Positions 31,997-41,897 of a stretch of DNA of 64,000 bases are shown here, in pieces; the first letter of the stretch is position 1, and each line of letters starts with the position of its first letter. This stretch comes from Candidatus Omnitrophota bacterium (GTDB lineage: Bacteria > Omnitrophota > Gorgyraeia > Gygaellales > Profunditerraquicolaceae). The stretch lies in contig JBAZKC010000001.1 in assembly GCA_041651035.1 (NCBI GenBank), forward strand, positions 451,244 to 515,243, given 5' to 3'. The notes beneath the pieces are model-generated. The model searched no databases. It was not told where the DNA came from and saw only the letters and a program-made list of their open reading frames with translations. The translations under genes and the position numbers were made by a program.

Positions 31997-33254
31997 AGGC
32001 GGCCGCGTTATTGACCCGGCAAACAACATAGATAAAATATGCGATATCCTGACGCGGGATTCCCTGATAGTAAAAGTAACGGAGAACATAAAAGAGGCCG
32101 CGGATTATACTATTGAGGCGGCTGGCCGGATAGTCATGCCTGGTATTGTGGACATGCATGTCCACTTGAGGGAGCCCGGAAGAGAGGATAAGGAAACCAT
32201 TTCCAGCGGCACAGGGGCCGCGCTTAAGGGCGGGGTTACCAGCCTGTTGGCCATGCCCAATACTTTTCCTGTCCCCGATTCCGTAGAAAGCATAAGATTA
32301 ATTAAAAGTATTATTAAGAAGTCTGCCCGCGCGAATGTATTTATCGCCGGCGCCATTACTAAATGCCGGCAGGGCCGGGAATTAGCAGATATCGCGGGAT
32401 TAAAGAAAGAGGGCCTGATCGCGATTTCTGACGATGGCTCTTCTGTAGATTCTGATGCGGTTATGTCAGAAGCTTTTAAGATCGCCAAAAAAGAGAAGAT
32501 GCTTGTGGTCTGTCATTGCGAAGATAAAACGCTTTCGGCAAATGGCGTGGTTAACTCAGGATTGACTTCTACCCGTATGGGCTTAAGGGGTATTTCTAAA
32601 GAATCCGAATATAAAAGAATAGAGAGAGATATCGCGCTGGCAGAAAAAGCCAGGGCCTCTGTGCATATAGCGCACGTAAGCTGTGGTGAATCAGTAGAGA
32701 TTATCGCCAAGGCCAGGAAAAAAGGTGTAAAAGTGACTTGTGAGACCGCGCCGCATTATTTCGCTTTGCACGAAGAAGCTGTGTTGGGCTTTGACGCGAA
32801 TATGAAAATCAACCCTCCGTTAAGGAGCAAAGACGATATGCTCAGCATCAGGCAGGGCTTAGCCGACGGGACTATAGACGCTATAGCCTCGGATCACGCT
32901 CCCCACACAGAAAACGAGAAAGAGATAGAGTTTGAGCGCGCGGAATTCGGCACCATAGGCCTGGAAACCGAGTTAGCGGTGAGCATATCGCATCTGGTAC
33001 TCCCGGGCTTTCTGGATTGGGCGGGGCTGGTTAAGAAACTGGCGGTTAATCCGGCTAACATTTTAGGGATCAGTAAGGGGTCTTTGGGGGCCGGCTGCGA
33101 CGCGGATATTATTATAGTTTCTCCGGATAAGGAATGGGTGGTAGAAAAAACCGGGATTGTTTCCAGGTCAAAAAATTCCGCGTTCCTGCGCAAAAACTTA
33201 AAAGGCAGCGTTGAGTATACTATTCTTTCCGGTCAGATCGCGTATAAAGCATAA
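31980..33254 (+). CDS. pyrC: Dihydroorotase. ATG at 31980 (MKILIKGGRVID) is preferred; it overlaps the pyrB 3' end by 17 nt.
   Basis: Metal-binding DMHVHLREPG and the amidohydrolase fold. Confidence 0.9.
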   Translation: MKILIKGGRVIDPANNIDKICDILTRDSLIVKVTENIKEAADYTIEAAGRIVMPGIVDMHVHLREPGREDKETISSGTGAALKGGVTSLLAMPNTFPVPDSVESIRLIKSIIKKSARANVFIAGAITKCRQGRELADIAGLKKEGLIAISDDGSSVDSDAVMSEAFKIAKKEKMLVVCHCEDKTLSANGVVNSGLTSTRMGLRGISKESEYKRIERDIALAEKARASVHIAHVSCGESVEIIAKARKKGVKVTCETAPHYFALHEEAVLGFDANMKINPPLRSKDDMLSIRQGLADGTIDAIASDHAPHTENEKEIEFERAEFGTIGLETELAVSISHLVLPGFLDWAGLVKKLAVNPANILGISKGSLGAGCDADIIIVSPDKEWVVEKTGIVSRSKNSAFLRKNLKGSVEYTILSGQIAYKA

Positions 33255-33369
33255 TTTTTTTGTCAGCCTAGAGAAAGCCGGCCAGCCGCCGGGGCCCCCT
33301 TAAAAGCATTGAAGATTGTTTAGGCTTCTGGTATGATATTTGATTACCATATACGCTCGAGGTTAAATT

Positions 33370-34608
33370 ATGAAATTTATCGCGGATTTTCATATCCATT
33401 CTAAATATTCCCGCGCCACAAGCAGGGACATGGATATAAAGCATCTTGCCGAATGGGCGAAGTTAAAAGGTATCGCGCTTATGGGCACAGGCGACTTTAC
33501 CCATCATTTGTGGCTGGAAGAATTAAAGCATAATTTGGAGGATCTGGGCAACGGCTTATTTAAATACCAGGATGTATATTTTATCCTGACCGCGGAGATC
33601 AGCAGTATTTATTCTAAGAAGGGCAAGACCTACCGTATACACAATATGGTCTTCAGCCCTTCTTTTAAAACGACAGATAAAATAAACGAGACCCTTTCCC
33701 GGTACGGCAACTTGACTTCCGACGGCAGGCCGATACTGGGGATGGACGCCCGGGATCTGGCCCGTATTATTTTTGATATTGACGAAAATTGCATGGTCGT
33801 GCCCGGGCATATCTGGACTCCCTGGTTTTCCGTGTTCGGCTCAATGTCCGGTTTCGACAGGATCGAAGATTGTTTTGAAGAACAGTCTCCCAAGATATTC
33901 GCCCTGGAAACGGGTTTGTCGTCGGACCCGTCCATGAACTGGAGGTTGTCCGCCCTGGATAGATTCACATTGATCAGTAATTCTGACAGCCACAGCCCGT
34001 CTAAGATCGGCCGCGAGGCCAACGTCTTTGATTGCGAATTGGATTATATGACCATCAGAGAGGTTTTGAAGACCAAGGACAGAAAAAGATTTTTATACAC
34101 AATAGAGTTTTTTCCTGAAGAAGGCAAATATCATTTTGACGGGCACCGTTTATGCAAGATAAGGTTTTCGCCAAAAGAGACAAAACAAAATAACGGCAAG
34201 TGCCCTGAATGCGGCAAGCCGCTGACCATAGGTGTCATGAATCGCGTGGAACAGCTCGCTGACCGGCCGGAAGGCTATGTGCCGGACAATAGCATCCCTT
34301 TTAAGAACCTTATACCCTTGGATGAAATTATCGCTGAAGCAAAAGGGGTAGGGAAAGGTTCGCTGACCGTAGAAAGAGAATATAAGGCCGCTGTGGCTAA
34401 GTTCGGCACAGAATTTAATATTTTGCTTAAAGCCTCCAAGGAAGACCTGCTCAAGGGGTTGCCTCCCAGGATCGCGGAGGGAGTTTTAAGGGTCCGCGAC
34501 AGGAGAGTGCATATTAAGGCTGGCTATGATGGAGAATATGGGATAATCTCCATCTTTGGAAATGAAGAGCCCGGCCAGAAAAGCGAGCAGCAATTAAGTT
34601 TATTTTAA
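33370..34608 (+). CDS. Endonuclease Q-like PHP-domain nuclease with a C-terminal Zn-ribbon
   Basis: ADFHIHSKYSRATS, MGTGD, HIWTPW, LETGLSSDPSM, ISNSDSHSP..IGREANVF and CPECGKP match the EndoQ signature blocks. A sigma70-like promoter TTGAAG, 17-nt spacer, TGgTATGAT lies at about 33309-33337. Confidence 0.7.
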   Translation: MKFIADFHIHSKYSRATSRDMDIKHLAEWAKLKGIALMGTGDFTHHLWLEELKHNLEDLGNGLFKYQDVYFILTAEISSIYSKKGKTYRIHNMVFSPSFKTTDKINETLSRYGNLTSDGRPILGMDARDLARIIFDIDENCMVVPGHIWTPWFSVFGSMSGFDRIEDCFEEQSPKIFALETGLSSDPSMNWRLSALDRFTLISNSDSHSPSKIGREANVFDCELDYMTIREVLKTKDRKRFLYTIEFFPEEGKYHFDGHRLCKIRFSPKETKQNNGKCPECGKPLTIGVMNRVEQLADRPEGYVPDNSIPFKNLIPLDEIIAEAKGVGKGSLTVEREYKAAVAKFGTEFNILLKASKEDLLKGLPPRIAEGVLRVRDRRVHIKAGYDGEYGIISIFGNEEPGQKSEQQLSLF

Positions 34609-34618
34609 CGCGCCTGCC

Positions 34619-34657
34619 CCCTGCAGATTTACTGCGTAAATCTATACGCAGGGGACA
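34619..34657 (+). repeat. Nested hairpin repeat CCCTGC-AGATTTAC-tgc-GTAAATCT-atac-GCAGGG, a member of the same family as 27624-27678
   Basis: Inner 8-bp stem with a tgc loop; outer CCCTGC/GCAGGG stem. Confidence 0.55.
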
Positions 34658-34679
34658 CGGCGGATAGAGCTAATTATAC

Positions 34680-34751
34680 GCGCCTGTGGCCCAATGGATA
34701 GGGCGCCAGCCTCCGGAGCTGGATGTGCAGGTTCAATTCCCGCCAGGCGCA
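34680..34751 (+). tRNA. tRNA-Arg (anticodon CCG)
   Basis: Acceptor GCGCCTG/CAGGCGC with discriminator A; anticodon loop CTCCGGA. Confidence 0.8.
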
Positions 34752-34783
34752 GATTATAAAAATAAAAACGTTGAATAAAGGTT

Positions 34784-35242
34784 ATGAGAAAACAGGTGAT
34801 CGGTGTTATAGGAGGGCATGATTGCCCTAAAGAAGTGGAGCAAGTTGCCCAAGAATTAGGTAATAAGTTGACTCAAGTGGCTGACATATTAGTTTGTGGA
34901 GGACTTAGTGGAGTAATGGAGGCGGTTTGTAAGGGATTTAAAGCAGGAAACGGCGTAACTATGGGAATTATACCAACTTACAATAAGAAGGATGCTAATC
35001 CTTATGTAGATATTGTTATCCCTTCTGGCCTGGGTTTGGCTAGAAATGTATTAGTAGTTACAGCAGCGGATGCGGTTATCGCTCTTCCGGGTGAGGCAGG
35101 GACGCTCTCGGAAATAGCTTATTGTCTCCAATTCAAAATACCGGTTATCAGCTTTAACTCTTGGGATATTAAAGGCGTAATTAAAGCCAATACAATTGAT
35201 GAGGCAGTGGATAAGGTTAAGGAAGTGTTTAAGAAAGGGTAA
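34784..35242 (+). CDS. TIGR00725-like / SLOG (LOG-DprA-like) Rossmann-fold protein
   Basis: GGxxGVMEA...PGExGTLSE pattern; 152 aa. Confidence 0.5.
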   Translation: MRKQVIGVIGGHDCPKEVEQVAQELGNKLTQVADILVCGGLSGVMEAVCKGFKAGNGVTMGIIPTYNKKDANPYVDIVIPSGLGLARNVLVVTAADAVIALPGEAGTLSEIAYCLQFKIPVISFNSWDIKGVIKANTIDEAVDKVKEVFKKG

Positions 35243-35245
35243 CGC

Positions 35246-36850
35246 ATGAAAGCAAAAGCGGGATTAAGCGGAGGTGAGGTAAAGACAGGCAAGAATAAAA
35301 AAGTAATTATCCTGGGGGGAGGCCCTAACCGTATCGGCCAGGGCATTGAATTTGATTATTGCTGCTGTCATGCCGCGTATGCCTTAGAAGAAGAAGGCGT
35401 GGACAGCGTTATGGTTAATTGTAATCCTGAAACGGTTTCCACGGATTACGATACTTCAGACAGGTTATATTTTGAACCGCTGACATTAGAGGATATTTTA
35501 AACATCATTGAGCTGGAAAAACCGCTAGGCGTGATTGTGCAGTTTGGCGGGCAGACCCCGCTTAATTTAGCCGTCCCTTTGCGTACTGCCGGAGTAAATC
35601 TTTTGGGGACAACCGCGGAGAGTATTGATATCGCTGAAGACAGGAAGCGTTTTAAACAGATGCTGGATAAGCTCGGCCTTCTACAGCCGGATAACGGGAC
35701 CGCTTTTAATTTTCAGGAAGCAAAGCAGGTAGCCAAGACAATAGGGTACCCCGTTTTAGTCAGGCCCTCTTATGTGTTGGGCGGCAGGGCGATGGAAATC
35801 GTTTATGATGAGTCAACCTTAGAGAAATTTATTAAAGAAGCCGCGAAGGTTTCCGGAGAGCACCCTGTGCTTATTGACAAATTCCTGGAAGACGCTATTG
35901 AGGCAGACGTGGACTTAATCGGTGACGGTGAGGATTTTGTTATCGGCGGGATCATGGAACACATTGAAGAGGCGGGTATCCATTCCGGAGATTCCGCGAT
36001 GAGTTTACCTACCTATACGCTATCTCAGGATATATTAAACAAGATCAGGCAGGCAACTTATAAAATGGCTCACGAGTTAAACGTAATAGGCCTTATGAAT
36101 GTGCAGTACGCGGTTAAGGACGAGAAGGTCTATGTTTTAGAGGTCAACCCCCGGGCTTCCAGGACTGTACCTTTTGTTTCCAAGGCAATAGGAGTGCCTC
36201 TGGCAAAACTAGCTACCAAATTGATGTTAGGCAAGAAGTTAAAGGACCTGGGTTTTACCCGGGAGATCATACCAAAACACGTGGCAGTCAAAGAATCAGT
36301 ATTTCCTTTTAACCGTTTTCCCGGCGTGGATGTGATCTTGGGGCCGGAGATGAAATCTACCGGAGAAGTCATGGGTATTGACGCCGACTTTGGCCGGGCT
36401 TATATCAAAAGCCAGATTGCCGCCGGGCAAAATCTGCCGAGAAAAGGTAATGTTTTTATCTCGGTCAGGGACAAAGACAAGCGGGCCGTGGTGTTTATTG
36501 CCAAGAAGCTGCAGGACCTGGGATTCCATATTTATGCTACCTCCGGCACCGCGGCCGCCCTCAAAAAGAACGGGATTACGGTTAAGGTTTTATTTAAGGT
36601 TGCTGAAGGACGGCCCAATGTTCTGGATTCAATGAAAGACGGCAAAATACAATTAGTCATCAATACTCCTTCAGGAAGGCTGCCGCGCCAGGACGAGGTC
36701 AAGATCCGTTCACAGGTAATTTTATATAATGTAGCCTATACCACTACTATTTCCGGAGCCCAGGCGACAGTAAACGGCATTGAGGCGCTGATAAAAAAAG
36801 ATTTAAATGTGAGATCGCTGCAGGAATACCATCATAAAGCCAAAAGATAA
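35246..36850 (+). CDS. carB: Carbamoyl-phosphate synthase large subunit, C-terminal half (second ATP-grasp synthetase domain plus MGS-like allosteric domain); a split carB
   Basis: [29 protein letters not shown]-grasp motifs, and the MGS-like FISVRDKDK...ATSGTAAAL. At 534 aa it is about half the length of a full CarB. Confidence 0.8.
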   Translation: MKAKAGLSGGEVKTGKNKKVIILGGGPNRIGQGIEFDYCCCHAAYALEEEGVDSVMVNCNPETVSTDYDTSDRLYFEPLTLEDILNIIELEKPLGVIVQFGGQTPLNLAVPLRTAGVNLLGTTAESIDIAEDRKRFKQMLDKLGLLQPDNGTAFNFQEAKQVAKTIGYPVLVRPSYVLGGRAMEIVYDESTLEKFIKEAAKVSGEHPVLIDKFLEDAIEADVDLIGDGEDFVIGGIMEHIEEAGIHSGDSAMSLPTYTLSQDILNKIRQATYKMAHELNVIGLMNVQYAVKDEKVYVLEVNPRASRTVPFVSKAIGVPLAKLATKLMLGKKLKDLGFTREIIPKHVAVKESVFPFNRFPGVDVILGPEMKSTGEVMGIDADFGRAYIKSQIAAGQNLPRKGNVFISVRDKDKRAVVFIAKKLQDLGFHIYATSGTAAALKKNGITVKVLFKVAEGRPNVLDSMKDGKIQLVINTPSGRLPRQDEVKIRSQVILYNVAYTTTISGAQATVNGIEALIKKDLNVRSLQEYHHKAKR

Positions 36851-36854
36851 AAAT

Positions 36855-37655
36855 ATGCCGGAGCTGCCCGAAGTTGAGACAATAAAGAGGGAATTAGAAA
36901 AAGCTGTTTTAGGCAAGAAGATACTCGGGGTTATTATTAATAATCCTTGCGTGGTTAAGCACCGCAGAAAAGAAGATTTTGTTAATGGCCTCAAGAATAC
37001 AACCATCAGGAATATTTTAAGAAGAGGCAAGCTTCTGATCATAGAGTTATCAAACGGGAAATCTCTGGCGGTGCACTTTAAAATGACCGGACAATTAGTT
37101 TATCCCGGAGACGGTAAAAAAAGCCGCGTCAGCTTTAAGTTATCCGGCGGCCGCACCCTGGATTTTAATGACAGGAGGCTTTTGGGTGAATTAAGGTTGG
37201 TGGATGACTGGCGGTCTTTGGAATTCGTTAAGGCGTTAGGCCCTGAGCCGTTTGATTTAACCGCGGATAAATTCAAAGAAGCTGTTTCTGCCAGAAAGAC
37301 CAAGATCAAGCCTTTGCTTATGGACCAGGGGTTTATATCCGGAATAGGCAATATCTATGCCGCGGAAGCGCTGTTTAAGGCAAAGATAAATCCGGAAAGA
37401 AGCGCCGCAGGCCTGTCGGATAAAGAAAAGACGGTTCTTTTTAAGACGATAAAGGATATATTGAATGAAGCGATCCGCTGTGGAGGCTCATCCATAGATC
37501 AATACGTGCAATTATCCGGGGAGCCCGGAGATTACGCGAAACAGCATAAAGTTTATGGCCGCGCCGGAAAGGCATGTTTTATTTGCAAGTCCCCGGTAAA
37601 GAGAATAACTTTAGGCGGCAGAGGCACATATTTTTGCCCTAAATGCCAGAAATAG
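36855..37655 (+). CDS. mutM: Formamidopyrimidine-DNA glycosylase
   Basis: MPELPEVETIKRELE N-terminal Pro nucleophile; C-terminal zinc finger CxxC...CxxC. Confidence 0.9.
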   Translation: MPELPEVETIKRELEKAVLGKKILGVIINNPCVVKHRRKEDFVNGLKNTTIRNILRRGKLLIIELSNGKSLAVHFKMTGQLVYPGDGKKSRVSFKLSGGRTLDFNDRRLLGELRLVDDWRSLEFVKALGPEPFDLTADKFKEAVSARKTKIKPLLMDQGFISGIGNIYAAEALFKAKINPERSAAGLSDKEKTVLFKTIKDILNEAIRCGGSSIDQYVQLSGEPGDYAKQHKVYGRAGKACFICKSPVKRITLGGRGTYFCPKCQK

Positions 37656-37658
37656 AAT

Positions 37659-38366
37659 ATGAAAAAACGTCTTAAAATTAACGGTGTGCTGATTTTTTGT
37701 GTATTCTTGTTGGTAGCGTTATTTCCTTCTGTCTTCTTCCGGCCCGGTAAAAGCACTTTTTCAAACGGCGTCGCCCAGATACTAGGTATTTTATTTATTC
37801 TCTTAGGCCAGATCATCAGGATCTCCAGCCGCGGGTTCAAATCCGAAAATTCTGGTAATGGCTATTTGTTGATACAGAGAGGCCCTTACGCGGTAGTGCG
37901 TAACCCGATGTATTTCGGCATACTCTTAATCGGGTTAGGAATCGTGCTAGCCCTGTTTAAATGGTGGGTAGCGGGCATTTTCTTATTGGCCTTTGTGGCG
38001 CGCTATATCCTGCTTATGTTTGCAGAAGAAAAAAAGCTGTCAGCCGTATTTTCTAAAGACTATCAAGACTATTGTAAGAATACCCCCCGTATCATTCCCT
38101 CGGTAATCACGATAGCAAAGATGGATATAGCCGAATACCTGCCGTTAAAGTTGTCCTGGATAAAGAAAGAGATCGGCTCTGTTTCGGCGGTTTTATTGGT
38201 TGTTTTAGTTTTAGGGCTATGGAAAGATATTAGAAATGAAGGGCTCTTCGCCTGTCTTAAAGACGCCGCGCTGGCGGTCTTTATAATTATATTGTTTACA
38301 GGTTTGATTATCTATTTAAGCAAGAGGACGGCCTCTTTTAAAAAAGATGTTTCAAATAAAAGGTAA
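37659..38366 (+). CDS. Isoprenylcysteine carboxyl methyltransferase (ICMT) / phospholipid methyltransferase family membrane protein
   Basis: VVRNPMYFGILLIGLG ... EEKKL motif; multiple transmembrane helices. Confidence 0.6.
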   Translation: MKKRLKINGVLIFCVFLLVALFPSVFFRPGKSTFSNGVAQILGILFILLGQIIRISSRGFKSENSGNGYLLIQRGPYAVVRNPMYFGILLIGLGIVLALFKWWVAGIFLLAFVARYILLMFAEEKKLSAVFSKDYQDYCKNTPRIIPSVITIAKMDIAEYLPLKLSWIKKEIGSVSAVLLVVLVLGLWKDIRNEGLFACLKDAALAVFIIILFTGLIIYLSKRTASFKKDVSNKR

Positions 38367-39153
38367 GATACTTTATAATAAGAAAGTCAAGGGCAGCTAT
38401 TTTCATTTGGCGCTTGAGGCTCCGGATATAGCCAAAGAATCTTTGCCTGGGCAATTTCTTAATATTAAAGTAAGCAATACATATGAACCGTTATTGCGCA
38501 GGCCTCTTAGTATCCACAGCGTAAGAGGAAGGAATATCGAAGTCCTTTATGAAGTCGTGGGAAAAGGGACGAAGGTCTTATCAGAGAAGGGTCCCGGTGA
38601 GGTTTTGGATGTAATTGGCCCTCTCGGTAATGGCTTTACTTTTAACTCATGGGCTCATGGGCTTGCGGGCTCGCGAACGATTTTAATAGGCGGCGGCATG
38701 GGCGTGGCCCCATTAGTATTTCTCGCGGATAAAATAGCAGGACTCCGCGCCAGGGGCACTAAATTTAAGGCCCAGGTCTTGATCGGCGCTAAAACAAAAG
38801 GCAATATTATATGCGAAAAGGAATTTAAAGATCTGGGCTGTTCTGTAAAATCGGCCACTGATGACGGCTCTTACGGTTTTAAAGGCAGGATCACCGATCT
38901 GCTTAAGAATATATTACGATCTGCCAGTTATGATCTGCCAATTACGATTTACGCCTGCGGCCCCCGCCTGATGCTAAAAGAGATCAGCGCGATTTCCAGG
39001 AAATACGGGATCCCCGCGCAAATTTCCCTGGAAGAACATATGGCCTGCGGGATAGGCGCGTGTTTAGGCTGTGTGGTAAATACAAAGCAGGGCCTTAGGC
39101 GGGTTTGTAAAGATGGCCCGGTATTTAACGCGGATGAAATAAACTGGAAATAA
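38347..39153 (+). CDS. pyrK: Dihydroorotate dehydrogenase electron-transfer subunit
   Basis: FAD/NAD-binding fold and the C-terminal CGIGACLGC [2Fe-2S] motif. Confidence 0.85.
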   Translation: MFQIKGKILYNKKVKGSYFHLALEAPDIAKESLPGQFLNIKVSNTYEPLLRRPLSIHSVRGRNIEVLYEVVGKGTKVLSEKGPGEVLDVIGPLGNGFTFNSWAHGLAGSRTILIGGGMGVAPLVFLADKIAGLRARGTKFKAQVLIGAKTKGNIICEKEFKDLGCSVKSATDDGSYGFKGRITDLLKNILRSASYDLPITIYACGPRLMLKEISAISRKYGIPAQISLEEHMACGIGACLGCVVNTKQGLRRVCKDGPVFNADEINWK

Positions 39154-39155
39154 AA

Positions 39156-40070
39156 ATGCAGACAAAACTCTCAGTTAGTATAGGTAAACTTAAATTAAAG
39201 AATCCGGTAATGGTTGCTTCGGGGACATTCGGTTACGCGGAAGAATTCAAAGATTTTATTGATCTATCGGGCTTGGGCGCGATTGTAACTAAAACCGTTA
39301 CTTTGCGTCCTCGGCGGGGCAATCCGCCCCCGCGCACTTGTGAAACTCCCGCGGGCATGCTTAATTCTATCGGCCTGGAGAACCCCGGATTAGAAAGCTT
39401 CATTCACGATAAATTACCTGTTTTAAAGAAGATAGGCATACCGATAATTATGAGCGTCGCCTCGGAAGGCGATCTGGAAGAATTCATAGAGTTGGTCAAG
39501 CGGCTGGATAAAATAAACGAAATAGCCGCCCTTGAACTTAATTTATCCTGCCCCAATATAAAAAGAACCGGGTTGATCTCGCAGGATCCGGAGGCAACAT
39601 ATAGTTTGGTTAAGGCTGTGCGAAAGAAGACGAAGAAAACACTGATTACTAAGCTGACGCCAAACGTTACCGATATCACAAAGATCGCTAAACAGGCGCA
39701 GGCAGCAGGCAGCGACGCGGTTTCTTTGATCAATACGTTGACAGGAATGAGCATAGATGTGAATAAGAGAACTCCTAAGGTCGCTTGTATAATCGGCGGA
39801 TTGAGCGGGCCGGCGATCAGGCCGGTAGCCGTAAGAATGGTCTGGGAGATTTACAGGGAAATTAAGATCCCTATTATAGGAATGGGTGGTATAATGGATA
39901 CTGCCAGTGCCTTGGAATTTTTTATCGCGGGAGCAAGCGCGATAAGCGTGGGCACGGCAAATTTCATTAATCCCAAAGTTAGCCTAGAAATAATTTCGGG
40001 CCTGAAGCAATATTTATCCCGGAACAAAATCAGGGATATTAATCAACTTATCGGGAGTATCAGGACGTGA
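39156..40070 (+). CDS. pyrD: Dihydroorotate dehydrogenase (class 1B) catalytic subunit
   Basis: TIM-barrel DHOD motifs; paired with pyrK. Confidence 0.9.
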   Translation: MQTKLSVSIGKLKLKNPVMVASGTFGYAEEFKDFIDLSGLGAIVTKTVTLRPRRGNPPPRTCETPAGMLNSIGLENPGLESFIHDKLPVLKKIGIPIIMSVASEGDLEEFIELVKRLDKINEIAALELNLSCPNIKRTGLISQDPEATYSLVKAVRKKTKKTLITKLTPNVTDITKIAKQAQAAGSDAVSLINTLTGMSIDVNKRTPKVACIIGGLSGPAIRPVAVRMVWEIYREIKIPIIGMGGIMDTASALEFFIAGASAISVGTANFINPKVSLEIISGLKQYLSRNKIRDINQLIGSIRT

Positions 40071-40741
40071 AACCAAGGGTTATTCTCGCCTTAGACGTAG
40101 ATACATTTGATAAGGCAAAATACTTTGTACGGAAACTCTACCCGAAGATAAAGATGTTTAAGGTAGGGATCCAGCTTTTTACGGCCTGCGGGCCAAAGAT
40201 AATAGAATTTATTAACCGCTCCGGCGCCGAGGTTTTTCTGGACCTTAAATTTTTTGATATTCCCAATACTGTTGCCAGCGCCGTGCGGCAGGCAGTGCGC
40301 CTTAAGGTGAAAATGCTTACCCTGCATATTTTAGGCGATGAAGAAATGTTAAAACTTACCGTGCAGGCCTCAAGGGATGAAGCGAGGCGCTTTAAGTTAA
40401 CCAGGCCCCTGTTAATTGGAGTTACTGTATTGACCAGTAAAGAGGCTAAATCCAGCGATGTTTTAACATTAACGAGAATAGGGCTGGATTGCGGATTAGA
40501 CGGAGTAGTATGTTCAGCTCAAGAGGCGGCGCTATTAAGGGAAGAAATTAAAAAGAAATTCGTTATTGTTACCCCCGGGATAAGGCCGGCTGGATCCTTC
40601 TCTGATGACCAGAAAAGAACAGCAACGGTAAAAGAGGCGATGGAGGCAGGCAGTAATTTTCTGGTAATCGGAAGGCCAATATTAAAAGCAGATATTCCTT
40701 TATCGGCGGCAAAAGCAATTTTAGCGGAGATTGGAGACTAA
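40067..40741 (+). CDS. pyrF: Orotidine 5'-phosphate decarboxylase
   Basis: ILALDV...K and DLKFFDIPNTV motifs. Confidence 0.9.
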   Translation: MKPRVILALDVDTFDKAKYFVRKLYPKIKMFKVGIQLFTACGPKIIEFINRSGAEVFLDLKFFDIPNTVASAVRQAVRLKVKMLTLHILGDEEMLKLTVQASRDEARRFKLTRPLLIGVTVLTSKEAKSSDVLTLTRIGLDCGLDGVVCSAQEAALLREEIKKKFVIVTPGIRPAGSFSDDQKRTATVKEAMEAGSNFLVIGRPILKADIPLSAAKAILAEIGD

Positions 40742-40745
40742 AGCA

Positions 40746-41357
40746 ATGGCAGAAGAGATCAAGGATTTAATCGAGAAAATTTACGGTGAAGGCGTGCAGG
40801 CGGCAGAGGCCAAGGCCGCGGAAATTGAAAAACAGGCCAAACTGGAAGCGGAGAATATTTTAAAGAAAGCAAAGAAACAATCCGAAGAATCTACCGCCGT
40901 AGCAGAAGAGCGGATATCCAGGATGGAAGATAAAAGCAAGGCCCTGCTTGCCCAGGCGGGACGGGATCTTCTGCTTTCTTTAAAACAGGAGATCAACGCT
41001 TCCCTGGAGCGCCTGGTTATCGCGGATGTGCGCTTGGCGTTAAACCCGGAGGCGCTGCAAAAAATAATTTTAGAGGCAATCAAAGCTTACGGCGGAGAGC
41101 ATAAGCAGGAGATCGTAATTACATTAAAGAAAGAAGATGCCGAGCAGCTGCAAAAGCATTTTCTTGCCCGTCTTAAAGAAGAAACAAAGAAGAATATCGT
41201 TCTTAAGCCGTCAGAGGAGGTACCCGGGGGTTTTACCATAAGTTTTGACGCCGGAAAATCCCAGTTCGATTTCACTGATAAGGCCTTAGCAGAGTATATA
41301 AGTTTATACGTTAAGCCGAGCCTGAAGGAAATTTTACAGGAAGCAGTTTCCAAATGA
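40746..41357 (+). CDS. atpE: V/A-type ATP synthase subunit E. ATG at 40746 has a GGAGA ribosome-binding site; the ORF-track TTG at 40731 overlaps the pyrF stop.
   Basis: Coiled-coil N-terminus with the E-subunit pattern MAEEIKDLIEKIYGEGVQAAEAKAAEIEKQAK... Confidence 0.7.
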   Translation: MAEEIKDLIEKIYGEGVQAAEAKAAEIEKQAKLEAENILKKAKKQSEESTAVAEERISRMEDKSKALLAQAGRDLLLSLKQEINASLERLVIADVRLALNPEALQKIILEAIKAYGGEHKQEIVITLKKEDAEQLQKHFLARLKEETKKNIVLKPSEEVPGGFTISFDAGKSQFDFTDKALAEYISLYVKPSLKEILQEAVSK

Positions 41358-41887
41358 AATCTGAATACATTTATCTTATTGCGCAGCTGCCCTGGCTGTC
41401 CTTCGGCGCAAAGCCGCCGCTTAGTTTCGATAAATTCTTGGCGCTCTCCAGGCAGTTTATTTCGGAAAAAGACGCTGATCTGCTAAGCAGCCTGCCTCAA
41501 TCTCAGGATTATGCCGGAGGCGAAAAGAGGAATTCTGCCTTGCGGCAGTGGGTTGATTTTGATACGGCTTTAAGGAACGATCTGGTAAGGATACGTTCAA
41601 GCCGCAAGCATGTTGACCCTTCGGCCTACCTGCGTGCAGGCGGCATGCAGGATCCTGGTTTGATGCACGTTGCCGCGGCAGCCCAAAGGAACCCTTCGCC
41701 TCTGGAAGCGGAAAGATTGCTTGATGAAACAAGGTGGTCTGCGCTGGATGAGTTGGAAGCAGGGCATTTTTTTGACCTGGAAATTTTAGTGATTTACGCG
41801 TATAAATTAATGATCCTCATTCGCTGGGAGCAGATAGGCAGTGCTGATAAAGAAAAAATGCTCGAAGAAACCCTCGCGAAAACTTAA
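41354..41887 (+). CDS. Hypothetical protein in the V-ATPase operon (C-subunit position)
   Basis: Its position between E and A mirrors the Chlamydia-type operon; no recognisable motif by eye. Confidence 0.4.
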   Translation: MKSEYIYLIAQLPWLSFGAKPPLSFDKFLALSRQFISEKDADLLSSLPQSQDYAGGEKRNSALRQWVDFDTALRNDLVRIRSSRKHVDPSAYLRAGGMQDPGLMHVAAAAQRNPSPLEAERLLDETRWSALDELEAGHFFDLEILVIYAYKLMILIRWEQIGSADKEKMLEETLAKT

Positions 41888-41897
41888 GGCGGATTAG

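Noticed and set aside
40731-40745. TTG start for V-ATPase subunit E at 40731
   Set aside because: It overlaps the pyrF stop and has no ribosome-binding site. The ATG at 40746 has GGAGA 8 nt upstream and gives the canonical MAEEIKDL N-terminus.
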